Part shown: piece by piece, positions 11,284 through 23,125 of the stretch | Layout: every line of letters starts with the position of its first letter | Position numbering within the stretch: the stretch's first letter is position 1 | Assembly: GCA_002269645.1 (NCBI GenBank) | Contig: NIVC01004607.1 | Location: forward strand, 1-40,689 | DNA: 40,689 nt | Source of the DNA: Macrostomum lignano | Lineage: Eukaryota | Direction of reading: 5' to 3' | Program-made: the position numbers and the translations under genes | The notes under the pieces: model-generated | Told to the model about the DNA's origin: nothing | The model's input: only the letters and a program-made list of their open reading frames with translations | Databases searched by the model: none

Positions 11284-14200
11284 ATGACAAAGTGGGAAGA
11301 TATAGTAAAACTGAACTATAATGTCCCCCCAAGTGAACAAAATATTGCGCAAGATAATCAGAATCTCCGAGGTTACGCTATTCGATTTCAAAACATTAAA
11401 GTAACTTTAAATGATGCAGTAAAGGCTAAGGTGAGTGAATACAAAGAGAGTGTGTCTGATTTTAGTTTACGAAAATGTTTTAAATTGATTTTTACTGACA
11501 TTTCTATGCAAAAATTTTTAAGTCTTCCTTTAAGACCACAAATTCTATTTTCTATCATTTTTACTTTTTAGTAAATGCTATTAGTAAATAAATACAAATA
11601 ATAATAAAATAATTCAACAAAATACAAAATAATGCATAAAAGACAAATGAGACTAACACAAAAGCAGTCTTTTGTCGAAATCGTGCCAAAAAACAAAATA
11701 TATGTTCGCCGGAAACTATCAGAAATATCATAAGAACAAGCATTATCCATCTATGATGCACCAGTAGTTTTTTCTAATATTCACCACACCACATAATAAG
11801 CAAAACCCATGAGCATTAAAATTGAACTTAAAAAAATTTACAGAAAAAAGTATGAGAATTTTATAATACTGGATATAATGACATTTTTCAGGAAGAATGT
11901 ACAATTTATTGTTTAGAAACATTCTTAAGTCAAGTTTTTTGTTAGTATAGCATCCTTTTCTAAATTATTCTTTTATTTTAATGCTGCTCAGATTGCGGGC
12001 GCGAGGCAGTTGAAATGCCAGGCAAACCTGTTCATGTACGATAGCTACAATCAGAGATTCTTCGGCCGGGCCTGGTCTGGTCCGACCCTGGACGGCACAC
12101 TGGATGGCAGCCAGTTGAAACTGGCATATCCCGAGAGCGTGTATTTCATGTCGCCTCTGGTGGGCAACAATGAGTCAGGCTGCCTGCTGCTGGAGGTTGT
12201 AGGACACATGGCACCCGGAAGTCGATTCTCCTGCGGCTGGTGCCAGCTGAAAGTGTTTTCGGCGGCTCTGTACAGGCAGCTCCCGGATTTCAGGAAGAAG
12301 GTGCAGCAGCAGGCGGCGACGCCCACGGAGGCCGGCCTGTATGCAGGCTCCTGTCGTAGCTTCGTTAGCATGAAGGAGGACGGTAAGGGGCGGATTGGTG
12401 TCGGAGGGGCGGATTGGTGTCGGAGGGGCGGATTGGTGTCGGAGGGGCGGATTGGCATCGGACGGGCGGATTGGTGTCGGGGGTGGATTGGTGTCGGGGG
12501 GGGGGGGCGGATTGGTGTCGGAGGGGTGGATTGGTGTCGGGGGGGACGGGTTGGTGTCGGGGGGGGGCGGGTTGGTGTTGGAGGGGCGGATTGGCATCGG
12601 ACGGGCGGATTGGTGTCGGGGGGTGGATTGGTGTCGGGGGGGCGGATTGGTGTCGGAGGGGTGGATTGGTGTCGGGGGGACGGGTTGGTGTCGGGGGGGG
12701 GCGGGTTGGTGTCGAGGGTGCGGGTTGGTGTCGGGGGGTGGATTGGTGTCGGGGGGGGCGGATTGGTGTCGGAGGGGTGGATTGGTGTCGGGGGGGACGG
12801 GTTGGTGTCGGGGGGGGGGCGGGTTGGTGTTGGAGGGGCGGATTGGCATCGGACGGGCGGATTGGTGTCGGGGGGGACGGGTTGGTGTCGGGGGGGGGGC
12901 GGGTTGGTGTCGAGGGTGCGGGTTGGTGTCGGGGGGGGATTGGTGTCGAGGGGGGGGGCGGGTTGGCGTCGAAGGGTGGCGGATTGGTGTTGGAGGGGCG
13001 GATTGGTGTCGAGGGGGCGGGTTGGTGTCGGGGGGCGGATTGGTGTCGAGGGGGGCGGATTGGCGTCGAAGGGTGGCGGATTGGTGTCGGGGGAGCGGGT
13101 TGGCGTCGAAGGGTGGCGGATTGGTGTTGGAGGGGCGGATTGGTGTCGGGGGGCGGATTGGTGTCGGGGGGCGGGTTGGCGTCGAAGGGTGGAGGATTGG
13201 TGTCGGGGGGGGGTGGATTGGTGTCGGGGGGGGGGGGGCGGATTGGTGTCGGGGGCGGGTTGGCGTCGGAGGGGCGGTGCAATCGCAGCTCATCCGATCC
13301 TCAGGTCTGGGCCAGTGCCGCATTGTTGGCTCCGTGAGCTACCAGCTGTTCCGGCACCCCTCTCTGGAGGCCTGCACCGACGCGTTCCCAGAGAACGCCA
13401 TCGTTGGCGGACGCGAACCCGTACCTGGACTCGTGCCCGGGGCTGGTGAGTCCCGTTTCGTTGACTATGGTTTAATTATTACATCTCAGGTAATACCCTG
13501 TACTGTTTATTGAAGAATCTTTGCAAATTGGCTCAATCCCAGTGCACCTCTGCTACCTTACCCATCAACAGAGCCCTTGCGCAAGCCGCAGCTGGCTCCG
13601 CGCCAGAAGTACACCTTCGAAGACCTGGTCATCACAGTATCGCCCTCGCTGCTGTCATTCGAGGAGGAGCTCAAGCGGCTTCTCACCGACGATCGGCGAG
13701 TCCTGGATCCCTCCTGCCGGCCGCTGGAGATCTCCGAGCGTCGCCTGAAGGTCGGCGTCCACAACGGCTGGGAGTATTTGGACCACGAGGTCAGCATCGG
13801 CCTGGTGCCTGCGCAGGAGGGCTCGGACTCGGCGGCTGCTGCGGCCCCGACGCCCACGACGCATCGACGCTCGCTGTCAGCCGGCAAGATGAGCACCCTG
13901 CTGGAGCGCGGTGTCCTGGTGGCCAAGAACCCCGTGCAGGTGCGGCATCGCTCATCCGCTATATGCATCCGCCCTGTGTCCAGCCCTGCTCACCCGCTCC
14001 ATCCGCCCTGCTCATCCGCTCCATCCGCCCTGCTCACCCGCTCCATCCGCCCTGCTCATCCGCTCCATCCGCCCTGCTCACCCGCTCCATCCGCCCTGCT
14101 CATCCGCTCCATCCGCCCTGCTCACCCGCTCCATCCGCCCTGCTCATCCGCTCCATCCGCCCTGCTCTCCCGCTCCATCCGCCCTGCTCATCCGCTCCAT

Positions 14201-17200
14201 CCGCCCTGCTCACTCGCTCCATCCGCCCTGCTCATCCGCTCCATCCGCCCTGCTCATTCGCCATTCACCGCCGCTATCCGCCCCCCTCCCAGGTGGAGCT
14301 GCCGCCCGGGCCCGGCATTGCCGTGGTGCTGGTGCTGGAGTACGTCATGTCGGAGCCGGCCGCTCAGTCCGGGGCGCCGAAGGCCCAGCAGACTCTGTCA
14401 GTTCGCTACGGTGCTTACTCGCTGCCCGAAGACCAGCAACAGCAGCAGCAGCCGCCAGCTCGGGTGGCCCTTCAGCTGGGCGGCGGGCCGGACTCCCGGT
14501 TCCCGGACAGGCGGCTGCTGTTCAAGCAGAACGCCAGGCTGGCCTCTGCGCAGGGCACGCCGCAGCATCAGGTGACGCTGAAGGCGACCCTCGTGGCCTC
14601 GGCGGCGTCCGCTGCTTCGGCGGCGTCCGCTGCTTCGGCGGCTGCGGCTGCTGCCGCCTCACCGATGAGCACTCAGCAACCGCCAACACTGCAGAGCCAC
14701 CAGCATCACTACTTTGAGCAGCAGCAGCGACAGCAGCCGCAGCAGATCTTCGACGAGTCCAATCTGATCCCGTCGGCGCGCATGTCGCTGGCGTCGGCCG
14801 GACTGGCGCCTGGCGAGGACGCGGAGCCGCCGCCGGGTTCCACGCTGACTCTGCAGCAGCAGCAGCAGCAGGCGCTGATGAGCAACCCTGTGTTCCTGCT
14901 ATCCCAGGTGCTCATGCGACAGGGCTATGGAGTTGGCGTTGAGCAGGGTGAGTCTGGCAGCGGGGAATCAGTTGTTTGTGCTGACCGCCTTTTAATATCA
15001 CTGGCGATCCATGCCTCCTGATGGCTGGCAGTCTGTCACTTGATGGCTGGCAGTCTGTCACCTGATTGCTGGCAGTCTGTCACCTGACTGCTGGCAGTCC
15101 GTCACCTGATTGCTGGCAGTCTGTCACCTGACTGCTGGCAGTCCGTCACCTGATTGCTGGCAGTCCATCACCTGACTGCTGGCAGTCTGTCACCTGATGG
15201 CTGGCAGTCTGTCACCTGATGGCTGGCAGTCTGTCACCTGATGGCTGGCAGTCTGTCACCTGATGGCTGGCAGTCTGTCACCTGATGGCTGGCAGTCTGT
15301 CACCTGACTGCTGGCAGTCTGTCACCTGATTGCTGGCAGTCTGTCACCTGATTGCTGGCAGTCCGTCACCTGACTGCTGGCAGTCCGTCACCTGACTGCT
15401 GGCAGTCTGTCACCTGACTGCTGGCAGTCTGTCACCTGACTGCTGGCAGTCCGTCACCTGACTGCTGGCAGTCCGTCACCTGACTGCTGGCAGTCTGTCA
15501 CCTGACTGCTGGCAGTCTGTCACCTGACTGCTGGCAGTCTGTCACCTGACTGCTGGCAGTCTGTCACCTGATTGCTGGCTTGTCTCTCGTATCCGATAGT
15601 GCATTGTCGTAGACCTACTGTCAGTAGCCAGTTGTGTGCATGTTGCACAACGTCAGTCTCCCCTCCTCCGCAGACCCCTTCGCCTCGGCCGGCCACCTGT
15701 CCAGCCGCTCCGGTCCGCTCGTGGCCACCGTCAATGGCGGCTCCGCTTCAGCCGCCGCTGACGCCTCGCTGGCGCCGCTGCGCCGCCACCTGAGCACCGC
15801 TGTCTGCGCGTTGGGCCGCGGCGACTTCACCCGGCTGGCCGGCGCCGGCTTCGCGCCGATCCTGGACGCCTACGGCGAACCGCCCGAAGTTGTCGACGAG
15901 GCCAAACGACCACCGGCGGACCTGCGGCTGGAGGAGGAGGACCCGATGTCCGGCAACGAGCTGGTGCTGCAGTTCCTTGCCTACTCGGCAGGCACCGGCA
16001 CCGCCAACCGGCCGCGCTCCGTCTTCCTGGCCTTCCAGTTCTACCGGTTCCCGCACCTCACTACGGAACGGCTGGCGCTGGCCGACGCCAGCTTCACGGA
16101 GGACGGCCGCGCCTTCATCTTGGAGCGGGCAGCGGCCGCCGCGGCCACCGCCCCTGGCTTCGAGGTCCGCTTCAGCGCCGAGCCCGCCTTGCCTGGCGAG
16201 CGCGCCCGCCTGGCCGCTCACCTGCGCGACCACTCGCTGCACATTGACGTGTTCGACGGCGACTCGCTGCTGTACATCGGCTCCTGCGGCCTGGGACTGC
16301 GGCCGCTGCTGCGACAGGGCAAAAAGGCTGTGCAAACCTGGCAGGTGCGAGAAATTCTGCTGTTTTGATGAGCCCTATGAATAAAGTTAACATTCAGGTC
16401 TGAGAACTGGACAATTACTCGTAGATCAACATCAGTGGCGCAAATCTGACAAGCGATAACTGAACACAAATTGTAGGCGTGCTTGTCTCAGCCTCCCTTT
16501 CTCCCCATCACCTCAGGTGCTGGCGATCCTGCAGCCGGACCAGCCAGCGGAGCGGCAGATGCGCGCTGCGCCGCAGCTGCACGTGCGCGCCGCCTGCGTT
16601 GGCTATCGCGCCGGTGCCGGCCCCGGGTCCACGCGCAGTCTCCACCTCGCCGAGCCGTCAAGTGGCCAGCGCTCGGCGCCAGTTGACGGGACTCGCCGTT
16701 CATCAGCAAGGGCCAAAGTGGTTCGGGTGCACCAGGCCGACTTGCCGAAGGACCTGCGGGTTGCGCTTAATGGTGAGGGACAGAATTCACTGCGTTTGGT
16801 AATCATATAACGACGCGTCATAGCAACGCGTCATAGCAACGCGTCATAGCAACGCGTCATAGCAACGCGTCATAGCAACGCGTCATAGCATCGCGTCTTA
16901 GCAACGCGTCATAGAAACGCATCAGAAAAATGCGTCATAGCAACACTAACAACCTGTCACACTAACCATAGCAACGCATCTCCGCCCCTCCCAATTCCTC
17001 GCAGGCGGCGCCGGTGACGACTCCGACCGCGCCCGCCGGCTCGCCCGCCTCCAGGCCGTGAAGGCGGCGAATCCGCAGGTGGCGGAGCCGGACGTGCACG
17101 CAGCCGCGGTCATACGGGCTGACGCGGCCAGCCGGGAGAAGAGCCTGCGCGAGCTGCACACCATCGACTTTGTTCGCGAGCGGGCCAAGGACAGCGTCAT

Positions 17201-20200
17201 CATGGACCTGCTCGAGTCCACTATCTCGGTTGAGCACGACATTCACACCACCTTTGGCTGCACCGAGTTCTTCGAATTCGCCTTCGACAATCCGTCCAAC
17301 AACGTGGAGGACGTCTCGGTGGAAGTCGAGGACACGGAACGCCGGCTGCAGATCCTCACCGATCCAGCTGTTACCCTCGCTCTGAAGGCACACTTTGGCG
17401 TCGCCACGAACACCGAGCGCGACCTGTTCCACCGCGACGATGCCGAAGGCGGACCGGGGAACACCGCCCAGGCCGCGCGCCTGACGGCCCGGCCCAGGGA
17501 GCGGGTGCTCATCCCGTTCCGCTACTTCGAGACCGGCGCCTACGCCGCCGCCGGAGCCGCCACCGCGGCCGAGTCATCTCAGCCCAGGCAGCCCGGCGGC
17601 CTGCCCGCCTTCCGGCTAGGCGAGGGCGGCCCCGACACTTCGGACGAGCGGCGGGTCAAGGTTAGCTCAGGATGCTGGCAGCAGTAGAAAGTTTAGCGCA
17701 TTTATAAAGTTTAAATTAACTTCAATCATAAGTTTCTATACTATTTTATGCTGTAGACAAGAGCAGAAGACGCCATTATCAGCAGAGCCAATGGCAGTGC
17801 TGACAGAGTGACGTCATTATCAATAGCATCAGAATCAATTCTCAAGGCACATTATTAAGCAAAGAGTACATTCCTGACAATGAGAGACGGTCAGTACCAA
17901 CCCTACGATGCCCGCTGTTCACGGACTCCCACCGAACCATTTCAGGCCTACGTTCGCAGCAAATCTGGCGTGCTGCTCTCCGTGCTGCACGTCCGCGTGC
18001 ACCGCCACCCGGCCGCGGTGGACCAGACGCTGCGCTTCTACCAATCCGAGAGCACCTTCTTCAAGCGGAGCATCCGCATGCCGCCGCTGCCCGCCGTCGC
18101 CGGCGATGGCAACCAGGTGACTTACCTGTGCTCGGATCCCAACGCCGTCTGCCACGTACAGCAGCCAAAGCAGTCCGGCGACCCGGTGGACCTGTTTGTC
18201 AAGCTGTCCTGCGGCGAGTCGCCGCGGATGCAGCGGCTGCTGCTAGCTGTGTACACCGACCCGTTCCAGATTGCACCCCGGGTGGTCACTCAGCTGCTGG
18301 TGCAATCACTGCAACAGGTGAGGTGCCGGATTTTGTGATCAGCTGATCCTTTGATGCACCGACTGTTCCTTGTGATCCTTTGATGCACCGACTGTTCCTT
18401 GTGATCCTTTGATGCACCGACTGTTCCTTGTGATCCTTTGATGCACCATCCGTTCCTTCTGATCCTTTGATGCACCATCCGTTCCTTCTGATCCTTTGAT
18501 GCACCGACTGTTCCTTGTGATTCTTTGATGCACCGACTGTCCCTTGTGATTCTTTGATGCACCGACTGTCCCTTGTGATTCTTTGATGCACCGATTGTCC
18601 CTTGTGATTCTTTGATGCACCGACTGTCCCTTGTGATTCTTTGATGCACCGACTGTCCCTTGTGATCCTTTGATGCACCGACTGTTCCTTGTGATCCTTT
18701 GATGCACCGACTGTTCCTTGTGATCCTTTGATGCACCATCCGTTCCTTCTGATCCTTTGATGCACCGACTGTTCCTTGTGATTCTTTGATGCACCGACTG
18801 TCCCTTGTGATTCTTTGATGCACCGACTGTCCCTTGTGATTCTTTGATGCACCGACTGTCCCTTGTGATTCTTTGATGCATCGACTGTCCCTTGTGATTC
18901 TTTGATGCACCGACTGTTCCTTGTGATTCTTTGATGCACCGACTGTCCCTTGTGATTCTTTGATGCACCGACTGTTCCTTGTGATTTTTTGATGCACCGA
19001 CTGTTCCTTGTGATTCTTTGATGCACCGACTGTTCCTTGTGATCCTTTGATGCACTGTCCGTTCCTTCTGATCCTTTGATGCACCGACTGTCCCTTGTGA
19101 TTCTTTGATGCACCGACTGTCCCTTGTGATTCTTTGATGCACCGACTGTCCCTTGTGATTCTTTGATGCACCGACTGTCCCTTGTGATTCTTTGATGCAT
19201 CGACTGTCCCTTGTGATTCTTTGATGCACCGACTGTTCCTTGTGATTCTTTGATGCACCGAATGTTCCTTCTGATCCTTTGATGCACCGACTGTCCCTTG
19301 TGATTCTTTGATGCACCGACTGTTCCTTCTGATCCTTTGATGCAACGACTGTTCCTTGTGATCCTTTGATGCACCGACTGTTCCTTGTGATTCTTTGATG
19401 CACCGATTGTCCCTTGTGATTCTTTGATGCACCGACTGTCCCTTGTGATTTTTTGATGCACCGACTGTCCCTTGTGATTCTTTGATGCACCGACTGTCCC
19501 TTGTGATTCTTTGATGCACCGACTGTTCCTTGTGATCCTTTGATGCACCGACTGTTCCTTGTGATTTTTTGATGCACCGACTGTTCCTTGTGATCCTTTG
19601 ATGCACCGTCCGTTCCTTCTGATCCTTTGATGCACCGACTGTCCCTTGTGATTCTTTGATGCACCGACTGTCCCTTGTGATTCTTCGATGCACCGACTGT
19701 CCCTTGTGATTCTTTGATGCACCGACTGTCCCTTGTGATTTTTTTATGCACCGACTGTCCCTTGTGATCCTTTGATGCACCGACTGTTCCTTGTGATTCT
19801 TTGATGCACCGACTGTTCCTTGTGATCCTTTGATGCACCGACTGTCCCTTGTGATTCTTTGATGCACCGACTGTTCCTTGTGATCCTTTGATGCAACGAC
19901 TGTTCCTTGTGATCCTTTGATGCACCGACTGTCCCTTGTGATTCTTTGATGCACCGACTGTCCCTTGTGATTCTTTGATGCACCGACTGTCCCTTGTGAT
20001 TCTTTGATGCACCGACTGTCCCTTGTGATTTTTTGATGCACCGACTGTCCCTTGTGATTCTTTGATGCATCGACTGTCCCTTGTGATTCTTTGATGCACC
20101 GACTGTTCCTTGTGATTCTTTGATGCACCGAATGTTCCTTCTGATCCTTTGATGCACCGACTGTCCCTTGTGATTCTTTGATGCACCGACTGTTCCTTCT

Positions 20201-21507
20201 GATCCTTTGATGCAACGACTGTTCCTTGTGATCCTTTGATGCACCGACTGTTCCTTGTGATTCTTTGATGCACCGATTGTCCCTTGTGATTCTTTGATGC
20301 ACCGACTGTCCCTTGTGATTTTTTGATGCACCGACTGTCCCTTGTGATTCTTTGATGCACCGACTGTCCCTTGTGATTCTTTGATGCACCGACTGTTCCT
20401 TGTGATCCTTTGATGCACTGTCCGTTCCTTCTGATCCTTTGATGCACCGACTGTCCCTTGTGATTCTTTGATGCACCGACTGTCCCTTGTGATTCTTTGA
20501 TGCACCGACTGTCCCTTGTGATTCTTTGATGCACCGACTGTCCCTTGTGATTTTTTGATGCACCGACTGTCCCTTGTGATTCTTTGATGCACCGACTGTT
20601 CCTTGTGATCCTTTGATGCACCGACTGTCCCTTGTGATTCTTTGATGCACCGACTGTTCCTTCTGATCCTTTGATGCAACGACTGTTCCTTGTGATCCTT
20701 TGATGCACCGACTGTTCCTTGTGATCCTTTGATGCACCGTCCGTTCCTTGTGATCCTTTGATGCACCGTCCGTTCCTTCTGATCCTTTGATGCACCGACT
20801 GTTCCTTGTGATCCTTTACGTACGTACTCTCTTGACCCTCGGACGGTCAGCCAGGTAAGCAGAATGCATATCGCACTAAAACAGCAATTTCCAACCCCAT
20901 CGAACAGGTGGACATCACCTGCAGTCTGGGCCAGCCAGCCCAGCGCGCGCTGCTCATTCGCGGCTTCGCCAACACCCGCCGGATCTGCTGCTACCCGTCG
21001 CATCCGGGCGAAATCAGCGTCGAACCGTCCGAGCCGTTCGCCCTGCCCGCGGCGACGTCTCGCGAGGTCACGGTGGCCGTTCAACCGCGGTCGGTCGGTC
21101 GGGCTTCCTACCGAGTCTCCCTGGTGGACGCCGATCTGCACCAGCTGCTGAAGTGCTGGCTGTTCAACGTGTCCTGTGAGCTGCCCGAACTCATCCGCAC
21201 TCTGGACGTCGCCCTGCCACTCGGCGGCGGCCGGCACTGCAACCGGAAGTTCAACTACACCAACGAGTACTCGATTGCTAAGCGTTTCATCGTGAGCTGC
21301 AACCGGCCGGACCTGTTGCAGTTCTCGCCAACCGAGATGTCGCTGCCGGGCCACGGCCAGGACACCATCCGGCTGCACTTCGTGCCGCAGACTTCGCCGG
21401 GGCGGGCCAGCATCTTCTTCTTCATCTACGACGACGCCGGGCGCAACGAGGAGACGGTGCTGTTCCGGGTCACCTACGGGGACGCCGCCAACGCCGCCGA
21501 AAGATGA
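11284..21507 (+). CDS. NPHP4: Nephrocystin-4 (ciliary transition-zone protein), complete 10-exon model, 1408 aa
   Basis: Exons 11284-11400, 11992-12382, 13305-13445, 13572-13939, 14293-14947, 15674-16344, 16517-16772, 17005-17660, 17946-18317, 20908-21507. All introns are GT-AG with matching phases; total 4227 nt. Motifs: MTKW..VPP, FFGRAW, FEEEL..LEISERRLKVGVHNG, FQFYRFP, IDVFDGDSLL.IG..LLRQGK.AVQ, VDQTLRFY, NEETVLFRVTY. Confidence 0.95.
12388..13277. repeat. G-rich minisatellite (GGCGGATTGGTGTCGG + variable G run, ~18-22 bp) filling NPHP4 intron 2
   Basis: Starts ~5 nt after the GTAAG donor and ends ~25 nt before the acceptor. Confidence 0.95.
13985..14252. repeat. 22-bp minisatellite CCGCCCTGCTCA(T/C)CCGCTCCAT, ~12 copies, NPHP4 intron 4
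   Basis: Visible directly; 22-aa periodicity in the ORF track. Confidence 0.95.
15017..15578. repeat. 22-bp minisatellite CTGACTGCTGGCAGTCTGTCAC, ~25 copies, NPHP4 intron 5
   Basis: Visible directly. Confidence 0.95.
16812..16945. repeat. 13-bp minisatellite CATAGCAACGCGT, ~9 copies, NPHP4 intron 7
   Basis: Visible directly; the unit contains an RFX half-site-like CATAGCAAC. Confidence 0.95.
18340..20817. repeat. 29-bp minisatellite TTGATGCACCGACTGT(C/T)CCTTGTGAT(T/C)CT, ~85 copies, NPHP4 intron 9
   Basis: Visible directly; 29-aa periodicity in all three minus-strand ORFs. Confidence 0.97.
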
Positions 21508-21553
21508 GCACTCTGTCATTTTAGGATACATTTATGAAGATTCTGTTTCCATG

Positions 21554-21795
21554 TTTGAGATGCCATTTTCTAATTTGCGATGCCATTTCGGAATTTGAGA
21601 TGTCATTTCTAAATTTGAGATGCCATTTCTAAATTTAAGATGCCGTTTCTAAATTTGAGATGCCATTTCTAAATTTGAGATGCCATTTCTAAATTTGAGA
21701 TGCCATTTCTAAATTTGAGATGCCATTTCTAAATTTGAGATGCCATTTCTAAATTTGAGATGCCATTTCTAAATTTGAGATACATATCCAAATTT
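21554..21795. repeat. 20-bp minisatellite TTTGAGATGCCATTTCTAAA, ~12 copies, just 3' of the NPHP4 stop
   Basis: Visible directly. Confidence 0.95.
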
Positions 21796-22664
21796 CGTAA
21801 GCTTTTTAAAGCCCCAGGATTAAAATCATTAATTTATTAGAATTTTAGTACAGTTAATAAACATTTTTTTTAATTTTGACTTTACATTTACGAGTACATA
21901 ACGTTCCTTGTACATTCTTATGTTTTTTTAAATGCTATATCAAAATTAATTAGTAATTACATGTATATCAAGTATGACAAATCGAAATGGTTGAACTTCG
22001 TATAACCTCGAATTATTTTTTCCTGACGCTTTCCTGTTTTGCTACTCTTAGTAGAAACAGATGACTTGCAAGAGTTTACAGTAGAAATGTTATTTTTTGA
22101 TTTTCAAACATTTTCGGTACAATTTTAGACTTATAAACTAAAGAAATTAGTTTAAAACACTAATATTTGTAAAAAGTTGAAGTTTTTATATATTACTAAT
22201 AAACTTTAATTTTATTAAATTTTAACTCAAATTTAGTGTAGTACACGTGCCTACATGCATAAATAATATTTGTGATACATTTAAAAAATTGGTATTAAAC
22301 ATTTGTGTCAAAGCAAATCCGTCAACTCACAAATAAATAATTAATTAATAAATTCTATTTTTTGCTGGCCAATTCCCTCTGTGTATTAAATTGTAATTAA
22401 ATATTGTTTACTAATTTTGTGAGTTCCTCTTCTTGGAAAGTTATATTATTTAAATTAAAAAATATACTATTTGTCACTTCTTGAACGGTTATATTTTACG
22501 TGCCTGCTGAGCGGCTCACTCTGACACATTCCAGAAAAATGCGAAAGCAAAGTAGACTTTATTAATTTATTTGTTGATTTCCTAACTTCACAACACTGGT
22601 GTCAGTCACCGCCTACTCACTGACAAAAGGGTTGAGATGCCACCCTGAGATATGTAGATCGAAT

Positions 22665-23125
22665 CAGTGAGAAGTACACAAATCAAGAAGTACACCGATT
22701 GAGAAGAGAAATACACCCATATAGAAGTACATTCATGGGGAAGTACACTCACATAGAAGTACACTCATTGAGAAGTAATACCCATAGAGAAGTACACTCA
22801 TAGAGAAGTACACCCATAGAGAAGTACACTCATGGAGAAGTACACTCATAGACAAGTACACTCCCATAGAAGTACACTCCCATAGAAGTACACCCATAGA
22901 GAAGTACACCCATAGATAAGTACACTCCCAGAGAAGTACACCCATAGATAAGTACACTCCCAGAGAAGTACACCCATAGAGAAGTACACCCATAGATAAG
23001 TACACTCCCAGAGAAGTACACCCATAGAGAAGTACACCCATAGATAAGTACACTCCCAGAGAAGTACACCCATAGAGAAGTACACCCATAGATAAGTACA
23101 CTCCCAGAGAAGTACACCCATAGAA
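22665..23125. repeat. Composite minisatellite built on AGAAGTACAC(C/T)C(AT/CC) 15-17-bp subunits with a ~49-bp higher-order unit
   Basis: Visible directly; the 3' part repeats GAGAAGTACACCCATAGAGAAGTACACCCATAGATAAGTACACTCCCA-like blocks. Confidence 0.9.

Noticed and set aside
12175-13513. Collagen-like or Pro/Gly-rich ORFs on both strands
   Set aside because: They are translations of the G-rich intron-2 minisatellite; the real exons are delimited by GT-AG with NPHP4 homology.
20846-20860. CAG-CCAG-GTAAGC as a 4-nt micro-exon in NPHP4 intron 9
   Set aside because: Inclusion would frameshift the conserved last exon, and there is no supporting evidence.
18286-21531. Minus-strand ORFs of 478-818 aa in all three frames
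   Set aside because: The 29-bp unit has no stop triplet on that strand. These ORFs are antisense to an NPHP4 intron, are pure repeat and have no unique coding content.
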